The translations under genes were made by a program, and so were the position numbers. From the NCBI GenBank assembly GCA_050613775.1, contig JBODTK010000118.1, positions 248,001-312,000 of the forward strand: 64,000 nucleotides of DNA. The letters are read 5' to 3'. A model generated the notes under the pieces. That model had not been told where the DNA came from. It worked only from the letters and a program-made list of their open reading frames with translations, and ran no database searches. Source of the DNA: Neocallimastix sp. 'constans'. Its lineage: Eukaryota. Shown piece by piece: positions 44,572-58,710 of this stretch. The first letter of the stretch is position 1, and each line of letters begins with the position of its first letter.

Positions 44572-45646
44572 TAAACCTAGCTCAATAACAACAATTGTTA
44601 TAGTATTAATTATTGTTAGTGTTTTATATTTTGGTTTTAATAAATGTATTAACACCATATCTAAATCTCGTTATAAAAGCAATAATAAAGAAAAACATAT
44701 ATCTGCTAGAAATCAAGAATATACAGTATTATCTGAAGCTTTTGAACGAACTAATATAAATAATAATAATAATAATATTAATACTAATACTAATACTAAT
44801 AGTAACACTAATACTAATACTAATAATAATAGTAATAATAACAGTAATTCTAATAATAATAATAATAGTAGAAATAATAATAATGATAATGATATAAATG
44901 TTACCGTTGAGATTACAGGCACTAGTAATAATAATAATAATAATAATAATAATACAGAAAAAGGACAAGATGAACGAGAAAATTCAAATATTTATATTAA
45001 TAATGAACAAAATGAAAAACCCTCTGGCTCTATTACCCCAAGAATTAATAATTATGAGCCCACAACATCGAAACTGAATAAATCATTTCCAATACAACAA
45101 GCAATACCACAAGCAGTATTAGTTGAGTCAAACTCAAATATTTCTATTAATCAGGCGACCGCTTCCAGTTCAAGTGCTGTTCTTAGTACAACTGTTGTTC
45201 CTAATGCAACTGCTGTTCCTAGTACAACTGTTGTTCCTAATGCAACTTCTGTTCCTAGTGCAACTACTGTACCAAGTCCAGTTATCGTTTCTAATTCGAC
45301 GACTGCTGTTGCTAATCCAACGGCTACTCCTAATCAACCCATTTATCTGACTTATGCTGTTCCAGTACAAGCTTTTACAGTACCCAATCAACCTTATCAA
45401 CAATACTATTCACAAGTTGTACAACCTCAAGTGGTTATTCAACCTCAAGAAAATTCACAAGCTACTTACACTACGCAATACTATCAACAACCAGGCTACT
45501 CACCAAACCAAGCGTATACAGTGGTGTCTATGCCTGGACAAGGCTATCTAACGACCGAAGCCTCGTCGACGGCAACAAGCCAACCACAAGACAATAATAA
45601 TTTAGAGTCACCTCCTGCATATCAAGAATTTGATAGAAATAACTAA
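42868..45646 (+). CDS. LRR receptor-like single-pass membrane protein (~654 aa, 7 exons), C-terminal PPxY
   Basis: Exons 42868-43085, 43190-43279, 43415-43483, 43602-43673, 43852-43923, 44059-44130, 44275-45646; all introns phase 2. Signal-like N-term, Cys cap (DC...NCCD...TC), LRRs such as LDLSSNNYFGSIPSSYTKLTKLKSL and LSLQYNSLTGNIPYSFSQLENLTEL, TM ITTIVIVLIIVSVLYFGF, N- then Q/P/Y-rich tail ending ESPPAYQEFDRNN. Confidence 0.9.
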
Positions 45647-45699
45647 TCTTATAAAATAGATAAACTAAAAATAAAAAATTTAAAATAAATAAATAAAAA

Positions 45700-45730
<31 letters not shown>

Positions 45731-46344
45731 TAATGCAAAATAAAAATAAAAGAAAAAAAAAAAAATAATAATATAATAATATTATATGCATAAATAAATA
45801 AATAAATTAAATAATAATAATAATAATATAATACAACATTTAAAAAATAATAATAATAATAATAATAAAAATTTTTTTTTTCTTCTTTTTAAATTTATAT
45901 AAATTAATGTAAAAGTAGATAAACATAATAGAATGAAATAACAAAAAAAAAAAATTAAAAAATAAATAAAAAAATTAATCATTAAAAAAATATATATTTT
46001 TAATTTATATATATATATATATTTTATAAATAATAATAATATAATAATAATAATTAAAAAAAAAAAATGGACCTAAAAGTATTAAAAAAAAAAAATTTTT
46101 TTTTTTAATTTATTTTTTTTTTTTTTTTAATTTTATTTATTATTATTATTTTTTTTTTAATTAACCAAAAGGCTTGATTTTTTTTTTAAACTGAAATTCC
46201 TTTCATTAAAATTAACGAAATAATTTTTTTTTTTTTTGGTACGAAATGCATGAAATTATAGTTTTTTATTATAAAAAAAAATTTTTTTTTTATTATTTTA
46301 ATATAAAATTAAATCAAAATATTAAATTAAATTAAATTAATCTT

Positions 46345-46382
<38 letters not shown>

Positions 46383-46411
46383 GAGGACTTTTCCAATAAT
46401 AAAGAAAATAA

Positions 46412-46452
<41 letters not shown>

Positions 46453-46543
46453 TTAATACTAATTTAGTAATAATTATATTTTATAAAATGATTTTCAATT
46501 ATTATATGTATTAAAATAAAATAAAATAAAATAAATATTTTTT

Positions 46544-47233
46544 ATGAATGATACATTTCCAAATGAATGGTTTGTAATTTTCCAAATCTATTTGTTATAT
46601 GTTCTGTTTATCAGCCGAATTTCGGCTTATGTGTTTCCAATGATGAACTATGATAATTATGAAGAGGAATTATATAAAGTTAGAGATGAACTTAGAAAAA
46701 GAGATCAAGGTATCGATTTTCCTACATTTATTGAGTATACGACTAAAACAAATAGTCTTTATAATACTGTGATGAAAAGGTTTAATTGTATTAGTGATCT
46801 TGTTGATTGTGTTAGAGATACTGCTGAGTGAGTAGAAGAAAAAATAGATGATGGTGTTCATATAGTTAAAGATATTTTTGAATTAAGCCGAAGAGACAAT
46901 AATGAAAGTGATGATGTATTAATATGTCTTCAACGAAAAATAATAATTGATTAACAAAGTATTCAACATGATATTGTAAATAATAATAATAAATATGTTG
47001 ACAATAATTTGAACAAATGGTACATCATGCCAAGTAGTAATGGCAAATTCTTTTCCATTATTTCAGTATATGAAAGTAAATGTTCTGATGACGGATTATT
47101 CAATCAAAAATGTAATAAAAATAATAAATATAAAGATTTCACCATTAGAAATAATGCTATCTGCTCAAGAATTGATAAAAAAAAAAAAAAAAAATTAAAA
47201 TTAAGGATTCTTAGGAAAGATTTTTTTAAATAA
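46544..47233 (+). pseudogene. Probable pseudogene of a secreted protein (signal peptide, dibasic sites, possible ricin-B-like C-terminal part)
   Basis: ORFs 46544-46831 and 47009-47233 are in the same frame, linked by coding-like sequence interrupted by TGA (46829) and TAA (46952). Hydrophobic N-term, KR/RR sites, and a CL..NKWYI..FSIISVYESKC..ICS pattern. Confidence 0.55.
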
Positions 47234-47463
47234 AAAAATTTATAAATTTATAATATCTGGTTTTGTAAATATAACGAAGAAAGGTTATACTTATAAAAAG
47301 GAGAATTTAATAAATAAAAAGTAAACAAAAAGAAAAAATTTTATTTTAGTGTAATTAAATTTATTATTTTAAATAATAATAAATTTTGTATTAAATTTTA
47401 TATTAAATAAACTTTTGTACATTATGGAGCATTAAAAATTTATGTAATATCATAAATTCTATT

Positions 47464-47681
47464 TACTGTGTCCAGCTCCTCTGGGATGGCAAGGACGCCA
47501 CCTATAGTTGGCTCTGTTTTCCCTCGAGGATCGCGTAGGATACTTCAATTTGGAGTTTCTTTGCTTATGGGGAGTTGAGAGCGCCGACGCCGTACTGGTA
47601 TGGCAGTTAATCATACACCCATATCACTATATGGGGAAGACCAAAGTCTTCAGTCTATAAAAAAAAAAAAAAAAAAAAAAA
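47464..47681 (+). mobile_element. Young non-LTR retro-insertion (5'-truncated LINE end or SINE) with poly(A) and 15-bp TSD
   Basis: ~195 bp GC-rich island followed by a poly(A) run, flanked by the direct repeat ATCATAAATTCTATT at 47449-47463 and 47682-47696. Confidence 0.9.
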
Positions 47682-50600
47682 ATCATAAATTCTATTAAAT
47701 ACATACAAATAATGTAAACATAAAACCTATAATATAAATTTTAAGTTATGTAAATATTTAAATAATTTATAAATTAATTTAAGGTTTATTTTATTTTAAT
47801 TATTTTATTTTATTATATTTTTATTATATTTTTATTATATTTTTATGTTATAATTATAAATATTTTATTATTTATATTATACTTGTTATAATATTTAACT
47901 AAATAATTAATTATTATTTTAAAATAGTTTATAGTTAAAAAAAATTATATAAAAAATACTTTTTCTTTATATTTATTAATATTAAAATATGAATTTATAA
48001 TAAATGAATAAATAAATTTCAATATTAATAAATAACATAAATAAATATAACTTCTCCCAATATACGGAACCTGAACTTCGTACTTTACCATATTGTATCA
48101 AATAGTAATTACTCTATTGGTAACATAATATATATAAAAAAGGGTCTGTGTTTTTATTAATATTAAAAGCTTATTGATTATTAATTATTTATTAATATAT
48201 ATAAATTATTATTTTCTTTTACATACTAAAAAATAATATATTATAAATATTATATATGTTAAAAATGATAAAGATAAAATAAAAAATTCAAAATAGGAAC
48301 AATTTATTAATTATTATGATCTTGTAAAGATATGCTTATTATTAACCATGAAATATTAAATATTAATTAAATTAAAATAAATAAATAAATAAATAAATAA
48401 TAAATAGTAAATTTAATGATAAAAAGATATAACAATATTTAATTATGGTTTATAATAAAAATTTTATTTTTTTTTTTTTTTTTATTATCAATCAATAGTT
48501 ATTAAATATTTTCGTAAGGGATAAGAGCTTAGAATGAATATTTAAGAATAATAAAAAAAAAATAATGATAAACAAATTACCCATTCATTTTTGTTCTAAA
48601 TATTCATTATAAAATAAACTTTTATTTTTAAATTAAATTAAAATTAAATTTTATATATATATAAAATTTTAATTAAAAGGTTTTCAAACTTTGTTTATAT
48701 TTATATTTTATATGTAATTTATATTTTTATATTTTATATATTAAATTAATTCTTGTTTGGATGAGAATTAATTAAAGTTTTATTAGAAAAGATAAAAATG
48801 TATAAATTTTCCAAAAAAAAAAAAAATAAATAAATAAAATTAAAAAAAAAAATAGATATAAAAATTAAAATAATATAAATTATAATTTTTTTTTTAGTTT
48901 GTGTTTTGTATTTTTTTTTTATCTTTTATTTTCTTTTTATTTTTTTAATTTAAAGTTTCTTATTATTTCTTACAAATTTTAATAAAGAAAAAATTGTTAC
49001 CTTTAAAACTACTTTAATATTTTATAATGTTGATAATTTATGTAAAGATTTCAACCAAATTTTATAGTAATAAAACTTTATTACTTATCATTAACAACCT
49101 TCGTTATTTATTGATATATTTATTAATGTATTTTATATTTAATTTTTTTTATTTTTTTTTTGAGTTTTATAGTTATATATATATATATATTTTTTTGTAT
49201 TATATATATATATATTTTTTCTTGTATTATATATATATATATTATTAAATATTATAAGTACAGAATCTTTAATATATTTAACTATATTACAAGACATTTC
49301 TTTTCACTAACAATGCAGAAACATTTATTCTATGACCATTTTTTCTATTGATTGTATCCATAAAATCTAATGTATAATATTACTAAACTTTTTTAAATTT
49401 AATAATTTGTATTATCATTAAAGAAGAAAAAGAAACTATATTTAAAATTAAAAAATTATTAATTTTTTTTTTATCAAGTGAATCATATAACTTTTATGTT
49501 TTTTAATTTATATTAATATATGATTCATAAAATACGTAATATTTGGACTCATACAGTTAACATAAATAGTTTTAACAGTATTATTAAATTAAGTGTTTAT
49601 CTTTTTATAGATAAATATTTGAAGTTCTTTTTGCTCATTTAGTTTATTTATGTTCATGTTTTATTTAGTAGTATGTATCCCATGCCTATCATTAATTACT
49701 TATTATTTCATAAAGGTTAAGAAAAGAAACCTAGAATCATTGCTTTTTTTTTTTTTTTTATTTTAGTTTATAGATTATTAAGCCATAATATAAAAAAAAA
49801 ATAAAATAAACATAAATGTTAAATTAAAACGGAATATTTTAAATTAAATCGATATCTTAATATTTCTTAAAATGGAAAATTATTTAATAAATTTTTTATA
49901 TTTATAAAATTAATTTATTTATATATAATTTTTAGGAGAAATAAATTTAATATACTTCTATATAAAAGTGTAATAAATTACAGTATATATCATAATATAG
50001 TATTTATATTAAATTATTATAAATAAAATTTTAATTTTTTTTTGTTTTATGTTAATTTGCTGATAAACATGTATTCATTACTATATGCAATATTTAAAAA
50101 ATTAAAAAATTAATAAACCAATAGAATTTCAATGAATGAATATTTAGGCTAAAAGCGAATAATACAAATGAAACATCAAATTTATAATTAGTATAAAATT
50201 AAGTTATGAGATATATAAATATATAAATTTTATAATATATATATATATTTATTTATATATAAATATAATATTAAATATATATTATTAACTATTTTTTAAA
50301 TATAAAATTACAAACTATTAAATAAAATTTTTTGTTAATTATTATTATTATTATTATTATTATTATTTTTTTGTTTTAATAACTATCAGCTTTATTATTT
50401 TCTTGTAAAAATATCAATTTTATTTTTATTTTTGTTTTAAATAGAATTAATTACTTAATTAAAACCTAAAGCATTGCTTTATATCTGGTTATTTAATAGT
50501 TAGTTAATTATCATATAAAATTATAATTATGAATTAAAAAGTTTAGTAAAAAAAAAAAAAGGGGAAATTTTATATAAATTTTTAAGCCAGAATTATCACA

Positions 50601-51017
50601 AATTTATTTCCTAATTTAACAAAATTATATAATTTTATTAAATTAGGAAAGATACTCTTTTACTATAACTATGAATAATATTTTTTTCAATGATTAGAAA
50701 TTAATTAGTAACAGTGACTTTTATGATATATATATATAATTACAGTTATTAAGTATTCAATATCATAACACTTGGCAAACAAAATTCTAATAAATATTAA
50801 TAAATAATAAATAATAAATAATGTATGCAAATTATTAATGATAACTAAAAATAATAATTAATTAATATTAAATATTAAATATTAAATACCAAAGATAAAT
50901 AATATATATAATAAAAATATATATTAAAAATTTTTTCAAATAATTATCATCAATAATAAATGAACTACTATCTGTTTTCATATATTTTGTAGAAATAAAA
51001 AATTTGAAATAATAATG

Positions 51018-51061
<44 letters not shown>

Positions 51062-52288
51062 ATTATGTATAAAGGAAAATAAAACAAAATAAAATTATAT
51101 ATATAATGGATATCATCATATATATCACTATGATATTTAAAATATTTTAATTAATAATAAATTTATATAATGCATATATATATATTTATTGTTTCATTGG
51201 TAATAATTAATAGAACATGACTTTTTTTTTTTTTATAATTTTTTTTTTTTTGAATTCTTTAAATTAATAATTTCTAAATTAAGATTTCCACTTCAAATAT
51301 TGTCACACATAAATTAAATTAATTTTATTAATTTTAAGGTTACAGTAAACCTTTTTTTTATATATATGTATATTTTTTTTAAATTTAATACTTATTAAAG
51401 TTTTTATATATATATTATATTTATATATTTTTTCTTTAAATATTAAAGACAAATTAGCTAATAACTAAATAAATAAATAAATAACTGAATAACAATCCAC
51501 TTAACTAAATGAATAACCGAGTAACAAACTAACATCTAAATCAATAACAAAATAAATAAATAAAATAATATATAAATAAATAAAATAATAAATAAACATA
51601 TAAAAAATAAATAAATTAATATAATAAATAAATAAATAAATGTAATAATAAATACATAAATGTAATAATAAATAAATTAATATAATAAATGTAATAATAA
51701 ATAAATAAATGTAATAATAAATAAATTAATTAATATAATGAATAAATAAATAAATGTAATAATAAATAGATAAATAAACTAGTAAATTAGGAAAAAAAAA
51801 CTTTACAATTATTATCAAAGTATAATAAATTTTAATAAATTAATTTAAATGAAAATTAATTTAAAAAAATAAAATAAAATAAAAATAAAAATAAAATAAA
51901 AAAAATAATTATAATAATAATAAATTTTAATTAAAATAAAAATTATTTATTTAATATTTAAAGTAATTAAATAAATAATGATTCATTGCTTTTTAAAAAT
52001 GTATACATGGATTATTGTTGGTCATTATTTTTTATATTTTAAATTATTTTTTCTTATTTGTTTGTTCACTTTTAGTATATATAAATATTATAAATATGAA
52101 CTTTTTTTATTATTTTTTTCTTAAGTTTTATATTTCTTTTTATATTAAAAATTAAAAATGATTAAATCAAAAGAAAAAAAAGAACAAAAAAAATAATAAA
52201 TTTTAACAAAGTAAAATAGCAATAACATATATTTTAAATATTTAAAAAATAATATTAAATAATAAAATAGTTTATAAATGATTACAGA

Positions 52289-52520
52289 TTTTTTTTTTTA
52301 TTTTTAGATTGGGATTAATAAGGGGAGGATAATAGGGCCTCTAGTCTCTCCCTTAAGCATATTAGAATCTTATTGAAGTCTTTGCCATACAGTTTCAGTG
52401 TCGACTCAGACTTCTCTCTAGGCAAAGATTAATATGAAAAGACTTTTCCTTTACGTCGCTTTGAACGATGGTCTTCTTATCATTAATTTCTTATGCCATC
52501 ATGAAAGAAGGAGCAAATGG
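52289..52520 (-). mobile_element. Older non-LTR retroelement 3'-end fragment
   Basis: GC-richer island next to a T-run. TGCCATACAG...GTCGAC...GGCAAAGA resembles the reverse complement of the 47464 element (TGCCATACCAG...GTCGGC...AGCAAAGA). Confidence 0.55.
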
Positions 52521-53408
52521 CAAAATTTTTATAATTGATTTTTTTCTTTTTTATTTAACAAAAAAATAATCATACAATAAATTAAATATAAATAAATATT
52601 ATATTTAAATATTTATTAATGTATGTATTATGTATATATAATATATAATTATTTTTTTTTTTTTTTTTTTTTTTTTTGTAATTAAGAATAAATTAAATTA
52701 AATCAAATTAAATAATTAAATAAGGAATTAAATATAAATTACAATGGATTATATATTATTTTTTATTTGTATTTATTATATATTTAATATAATTATTATT
52801 AAATCTAATTATTTTTTCCTTTTTCTTTTTCTTTTTTTTTTATTATTAGTTTAAATAAAAAAAAAATTAAAATTATTTGGCAACTAATATATATGAAATG
52901 ATGGATGGTGACTTAAATCTCTTAATGAATCCTATTTAAATTGATTATATCTATTTATTATTAAATCCCTTTTTTCTTTGTTTTCTTTTCTTTTTTTTTT
53001 TTTATTAAATAAAAATATAAAAATAAAAAAAAAATAAAAAAAAAAAAGAATTTAAAATTAATATGAAAGACAAACAATAGATATTTAAAAATAAAACAAC
53101 AGTATAAAATATATATATATATATATATAAAGTCACATTTATATTACATTTGTTATTTGTTATAATTATGAAATTAAGAGAAAAGAAGATATAAAATAAA
53201 GCGAAACAAAAATATAATAAATAAAAAAATTAAGCGAAATAAATAAAAATGAATAAAAATGAATAGTATATTAGTGTAACAATTTTTTTTTTTTAAAAAA
53301 TTTTTATTTTTAGTAAAAATATATAAATATATATATAAAAGATGGATTTAAAATAGAATTATTTAATTTTGCCTTTTCAGAATTAATATTTATATATTAA
53401 TATCAATT

Positions 53409-53462
<54 letters not shown>

Positions 53463-53762
53463 CTTTCTTTTCTTTTCTTTATCTTTTTCTTTTTCTTTTT
53501 TCTTTTTTTGTTTTCTTTTTTCTTTTTTTGTTTTCGTTTTTTTTTTTTTTTTCTTTCTTTTCTTTATCTTTATCTTTTTCTTTTTTCTTTTTTTGTTTTC
53601 GTTTTTCTTTTTTCTTTTTTTGTTTTCGTTTTTTTTTTTTTTTTTTTTTTTTTTTCGTATATAAATTTTAATATATAATAAATAAAGTGCTAGATTGATG
53701 TTTTTTTCTTTTTCTTATTTCGATTTGTTTCAAATTTTATTTTACATGTATAATTTTATTTT

Positions 53763-53950
<188 letters not shown>

Positions 53951-54505
53951 TATTTTTTATTTTTATTTGTTTTTTTAGAGTTTTTGATAGTTGTAATTTT
54001 AATTTAAAGTATATATTAATTTATATATAATACTTATATATATTGGTATATATTGAATTTTATATAAAATTATTAATTAATATTCAATATTAGTTTTTAT
54101 ATTTAATAATCTTTAATAATTAATTTATTCATAATTAAAAAAAAAAATAAAAAAAAAAAAAAAAAGTTTATTACATAATAAAAAAAAATAATTTATTAAT
54201 TTAATTGGTGAAAAAGATGATGATTATTGACACTTTAAAAAAACTGATATAAAAAAGAAAAATATTCCTTCATATTTTTAAATACCAATTTTTTATAAAT
54301 ATATAAAAAATAAAATAAATTATAGAAATAAATAGATTCTATATATAAATTTATAAGTTAAATAGAAATAATATAATTAAAAAAATAATTAAATTTTTAT
54401 TTATTTTATTGTAATATAAATTTAAAAACTTTTTTATTTTATTATAAATATCTAAATAAAAAATATATATAATATATTTAAATATTAAAAAAAAAAAAAA
54501 AAAAA

Positions 54506-54722
54506 ATGAAATTCACTACTATTCTTTCAATTGCTGCTGCTGCTGGTTCTGCTTTTGCTGCTTCTCAAGGTAATGAAGTTTTACTGAAATAATTTATTAC
54601 AAAAAAATTATTAATATTTGTTGTATATATATATATATATATATATGTTTTTTAACCAAAAAAAAAATATTTCTTTAGAACATAGTTAATAAGTAATCAA
54701 TAAATTTAATAAGATTACTTAC

Positions 54723-54771
<49 letters not shown>

Positions 54772-56514
54772 AGTTAATTAATAATATTTTTTTATAATTA
54801 AAAATACATTTATATTTATAAAAAATAAAAAATAGATTATGCTAGACATCTTGAATTAAACTTCTTATTCTATGAAGCTCAACGTTCTGGTCCTCTTCCA
54901 AGTACCAACCGTATTCCATGGAGAGGTGACTCTGGTCTTGACCATGGTTCTGATGTTGGTGTTGATCTTACTGGTGGTTACTATGATGCCGGTGATAATG
55001 TAAAGTTTAACTTCCCACAAGCATTCTCTATGACCGCTATCTCTTGGATGGGTATTGAATTTGCTAAGGGTGTTGAAATGGCTAATCAAACTGAATACTT
55101 AAAGGATACCGTTAAATGGGGTTGTGATTACTTATTAAAGTGTCATGAAAAGGGTACCGATGTTTTCTACATGCAAGTTGGTGATGGTGATATTGATCAT
55201 CAATACTGGAAAGCTTATGAAAATATTGACTATCCAACTCCAACTTTTTTCGTTGATTCTAAAAACCCAGGTACTGAAGTTACTGGTGAAACTGCAGCTG
55301 CCTTTGCTGCTGCTTCTATTCTTTTCAAGGATAGTGATCCAGAATACTCTGCTACTCTTTTAGATCAAGCAAAGGAATGGTATGAATTTGCTGACAAGTA
55401 TCAATTCGATTATTCTCAATCTGTTCCAGCAGCTGGATCATACTACAAGAGTTATAATGGTTACAATGATGAACTCGCTTGGGCCGCTATCTGGCTTTAT
55501 CGTGCACTTGGTGATGAAGCTTACTTAGAAAAGGCTAAGAGTCTAGTTGCTAATTACAAACTCAGTGAAGTTGGTATTGATTGGGATAGTAAGTACCAGG
55601 GTGTCATTGTTATCCTTGCCCAACTTGGTGTTAAAGAATACGTTGAAAAGGTTGAAGCTTGGGTTAAGGATATCTGTACTAATGGAAAGTTTTCTCCAGG
55701 TGGTCTTTACATTAACAAAGATAGTGAATGGGGTTCCAACCGCCGTGCTACTGCTATGGCTGCCAGTTTAATTTACTATACTCATAACCTTCCAGAAGGT
55801 AATGAATTACGTGAAATGGCTAAGAAATTCGCTAAATCCCAAGCTGATTATATTCAAGGTGCTAATCCACTCGGTATTGATTATGTTGTTGGTGCTGATG
55901 AAACCTCTCCACGTTCTGTTCACCACCGTACTGCTTCTGGTGCTGCTTGTATTGAATGTGATCCAGTTCAAAATGTTCACATTATTTACGGTGCCTTAGC
56001 TGGTGGTCCAGATGTTGAAGATAATTACCTTGATGACAGAGCTGACTATAAGAAGAATGAAGTTGCTCTTGATTACAATGTCTGTTATGCTGCTGTTCTT
56101 GCTTATCTTGTTGAAGAAGGTCTTAATGTTGAAGATCCAATTCCAGCTTGGGAATACGATTACCGTATTACTAAGGGTGCTGATCCAGTTCAACCATCTG
56201 AACCAACTAAACCATCTGAACCAACTAAACCATCTGAACCAACTGAAGCCTGTTGGTCTGAAAAGTTAGGTTATCCATGTTGTCCAAGTGACCGCTGTCA
56301 TGTCCTTGTTACTGATGAATCAGGTTCTTGGGGTGTCTACCAAAATGAATGGTGTGGTATTGATACAAACGTTTGCAAGAGTGATTGCTGGTCTACTCCT
56401 CTTGGTTACCAATGTTGTCCAAGTGGCTGTAAAGCTGAAGTCTATGAAACCGATGACAATGGCAAATGGGGTTATGAAAATGGCAAATGGTGTGGTGTTC
56501 CAAAAGACTGTTAA
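54506..56514 (+). CDS. Cellulosomal GH9 endoglucanase with two C-terminal fungal dockerins (~580 aa, 2 exons)
   Basis: Exon 1 54506-54569 (signal peptide MKFTTILSIAAAAGSAFA), exon 2 54836-56514. GH9 motifs FYEAQRSG, DLTGGYYDAGDNVKF, HHR, DYKKNEVALDYN; (PSEPTK)-repeat linker; 2x CW..LGY.CC...WG..N..WCG. Confidence 0.96.
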
Positions 56515-57152
56515 ATTGTGAATTTTAAAATAAAAATTTTTAAAAAATTAAATAAAAAAAATTTATTTTTAATTCATATTAATTATATAAAGAGATAAAA
56601 AAAAAGAATAAATAAAAAAAAAATCTTTTTCCAAAATTGAAAAATTAAATATATAAAACTTTAAAGAAAAAAAAAAGGCTATGTCAAAATAAAGGAAAAC
56701 AAAACAAAACAAACAAAAAAAACAAACAAAAAAAACAAACATAAAAAAAACAAAAAAAAAACAAAAAAAAAAAAAAAAGTAAATAAAAAACAAAAGAAAA
56801 GCGAAAATAAACGAAAAGCACACATAAAAACTAACAAATAGTATTTAACATTTAAAAAATAGAATAGATTAATATAAAAGTACAAAATTAAAAAAAAATA
56901 ATTTTAATTACAATTTAAATAAAAAATAAAAAATAATAATAATAGTTAAATAATTTATTAATTATGAAAATTTAAATTATTTTTTATTATTGAATTTTTT
57001 TTTTCTTATAAATTAAAGAATTGAGATTTTTATTAAAAAATCAATTTAAAATTTATATATTTTTTTATATCTTAAAAAAGGAATAATAGTAGTGAAAAAG
57101 GTATAATAGAAATAAAAAATAAGATTTCTTAAAATATAAAAAGTTAAAAATT

Positions 57153-57191
<39 letters not shown>

Positions 57192-57974
57192 AATAATTAA
57201 AAAAAAATAGAATAAAACGAAAAAAAAAGAAAATAAATGAAAAAATAAAAAAAATTGTAAATAAAAATTAAAGTTTAAATAAAAAAAAAAAAACAAAAAA
57301 CAAAAAACAAAAAAAAAAAGCCCTTAGGAATGATATCACTGAGGAAAGATCATCTTATTTCTTGTAGTATCGATAATGATGGTATTAAATCCAATCATTA
57401 CTCAATAAATGAATTTTTTTTTTTTTTTTTTTTGTGGTAGAATTACTTATTGCAGTTGTTTATAATTGGATATTATTTAACAAAGTTAATTAATTTTTTT
57501 TTTTTTTTACTTAAAAAAATTTTTTAGGAAGTAATTTTCATTTTTATTCTCTATATATACATTTTTTTAATGTATTTCTTCATATAATGAGTCATTCATG
57601 TATAAATACTATAATATTATATTTATCATGTATTTTTTTTTTTTTTTATTTTATTGGATGGTTATATCAGGAGCGTCAATCCCTAGAGGAGCGTACGGCC
57701 AGAAATGATGTCTCTGAGGGGTTATTGCTATCAGCACTTCTCTTGGTATAGGAAATGATAATACATATTGTATATTAAAATTAGTGATCATTCTGTAGGA
57801 GTTAGTAAATTTGATTTACCGATTTAATTTCATTCCATTTTTGTTTCTATTTTAATCGAAGTATTTTTATTTTTTTAGTTTTTTGTCATGGAGGAATTTA
57901 GAAGTATTTAATTGTTTTCTTTACTAACTTTATATTTCTTTTATCTTTTGTTTATTTTTTTTTTTATATCTATA

Positions 57975-58710
57975 TATATAAGGTGAAAATTACGACAGTA
58001 ACAAGTTCTCAAATAATAAAGTTTATAATAATTCTTAGCTTAGAATATCCCCAATTCAATTTAGGGTTTTCGTAGATAATACCTTTAGGCTGTGGTTATA
58101 AATACAATACTACTATTGCTATTAGAATGGGTAGAGTTTCAGAAGATTGTCCCTGTTATGGCGAAGGTAATAAATCTTTTGAGCATTGGATTTTTGAATG
58201 TATGGCTCTTGCATTTTTTAGATGAAATACTTTAAATTTCATCCATGATCTCTATGTTTTTGTTCGTTAGGAAGATTAAAGCGTTTAATACTTTTTCCTC
58301 CTATGACTCTATTTCTGATTTTGAAGATTATATCAATCATTATATATACATTTTCCTTCTTGGTGGCACTTTAACTTTAAATGAGATACATTTCGATAGA
58401 GGGGAACAGAGACAATTAAATGAACTACTTTTCAAAGGTTCATCTGAGTCACCTGATCCAAAAAATTGTGGGCTTGACGGAATTCTTAACTAGCGCAATA
58501 CCTATCATAAGTTAGTTCGTTTGAGCTATTATTTGATAGGTATTCCAAAATACCAAACTTAACCATGAGTGTCGATGTTGTACTGATAGGGCATAATGAT
58601 AAATACAGGATCATCATCATCTATTTCTAAGAAGGGTGAATCTCGCCCTAGTAGTTCAATAAATGATGAATCCGGGGAGAGTTTAGTGGACACCATACAC
58701 TATCTATTTT
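57975..58710 (+). mobile_element. Degenerate LINE ORF2 C-terminal remnant (copy A)
   Basis: LEYPQFNLGF..GCGYKYNTTIAIRMGRVSEDCPC..GNKSFEHWIFEC (CCHC-type C-terminal finger), FLLGG; stops and frameshifts. Confidence 0.7.

Noticed and set aside
44341..45982. Poly-L/poly-I and off-frame ORFs
   Set aside because: Shadows of poly-Asn codons and the AT-rich 3' region of the LRR gene.
54865..56885. Short ORFs overlapping GH9 or its 3' flank
   Set aside because: Off-frame/antisense products of biased codon usage and homopolymers.
57321..57365. Hammerhead ribozyme candidate (CTGAGGA + small hairpin; also CTGAAGA at ~61362)
   Set aside because: No GAAA core after stem II and no closing stems found.
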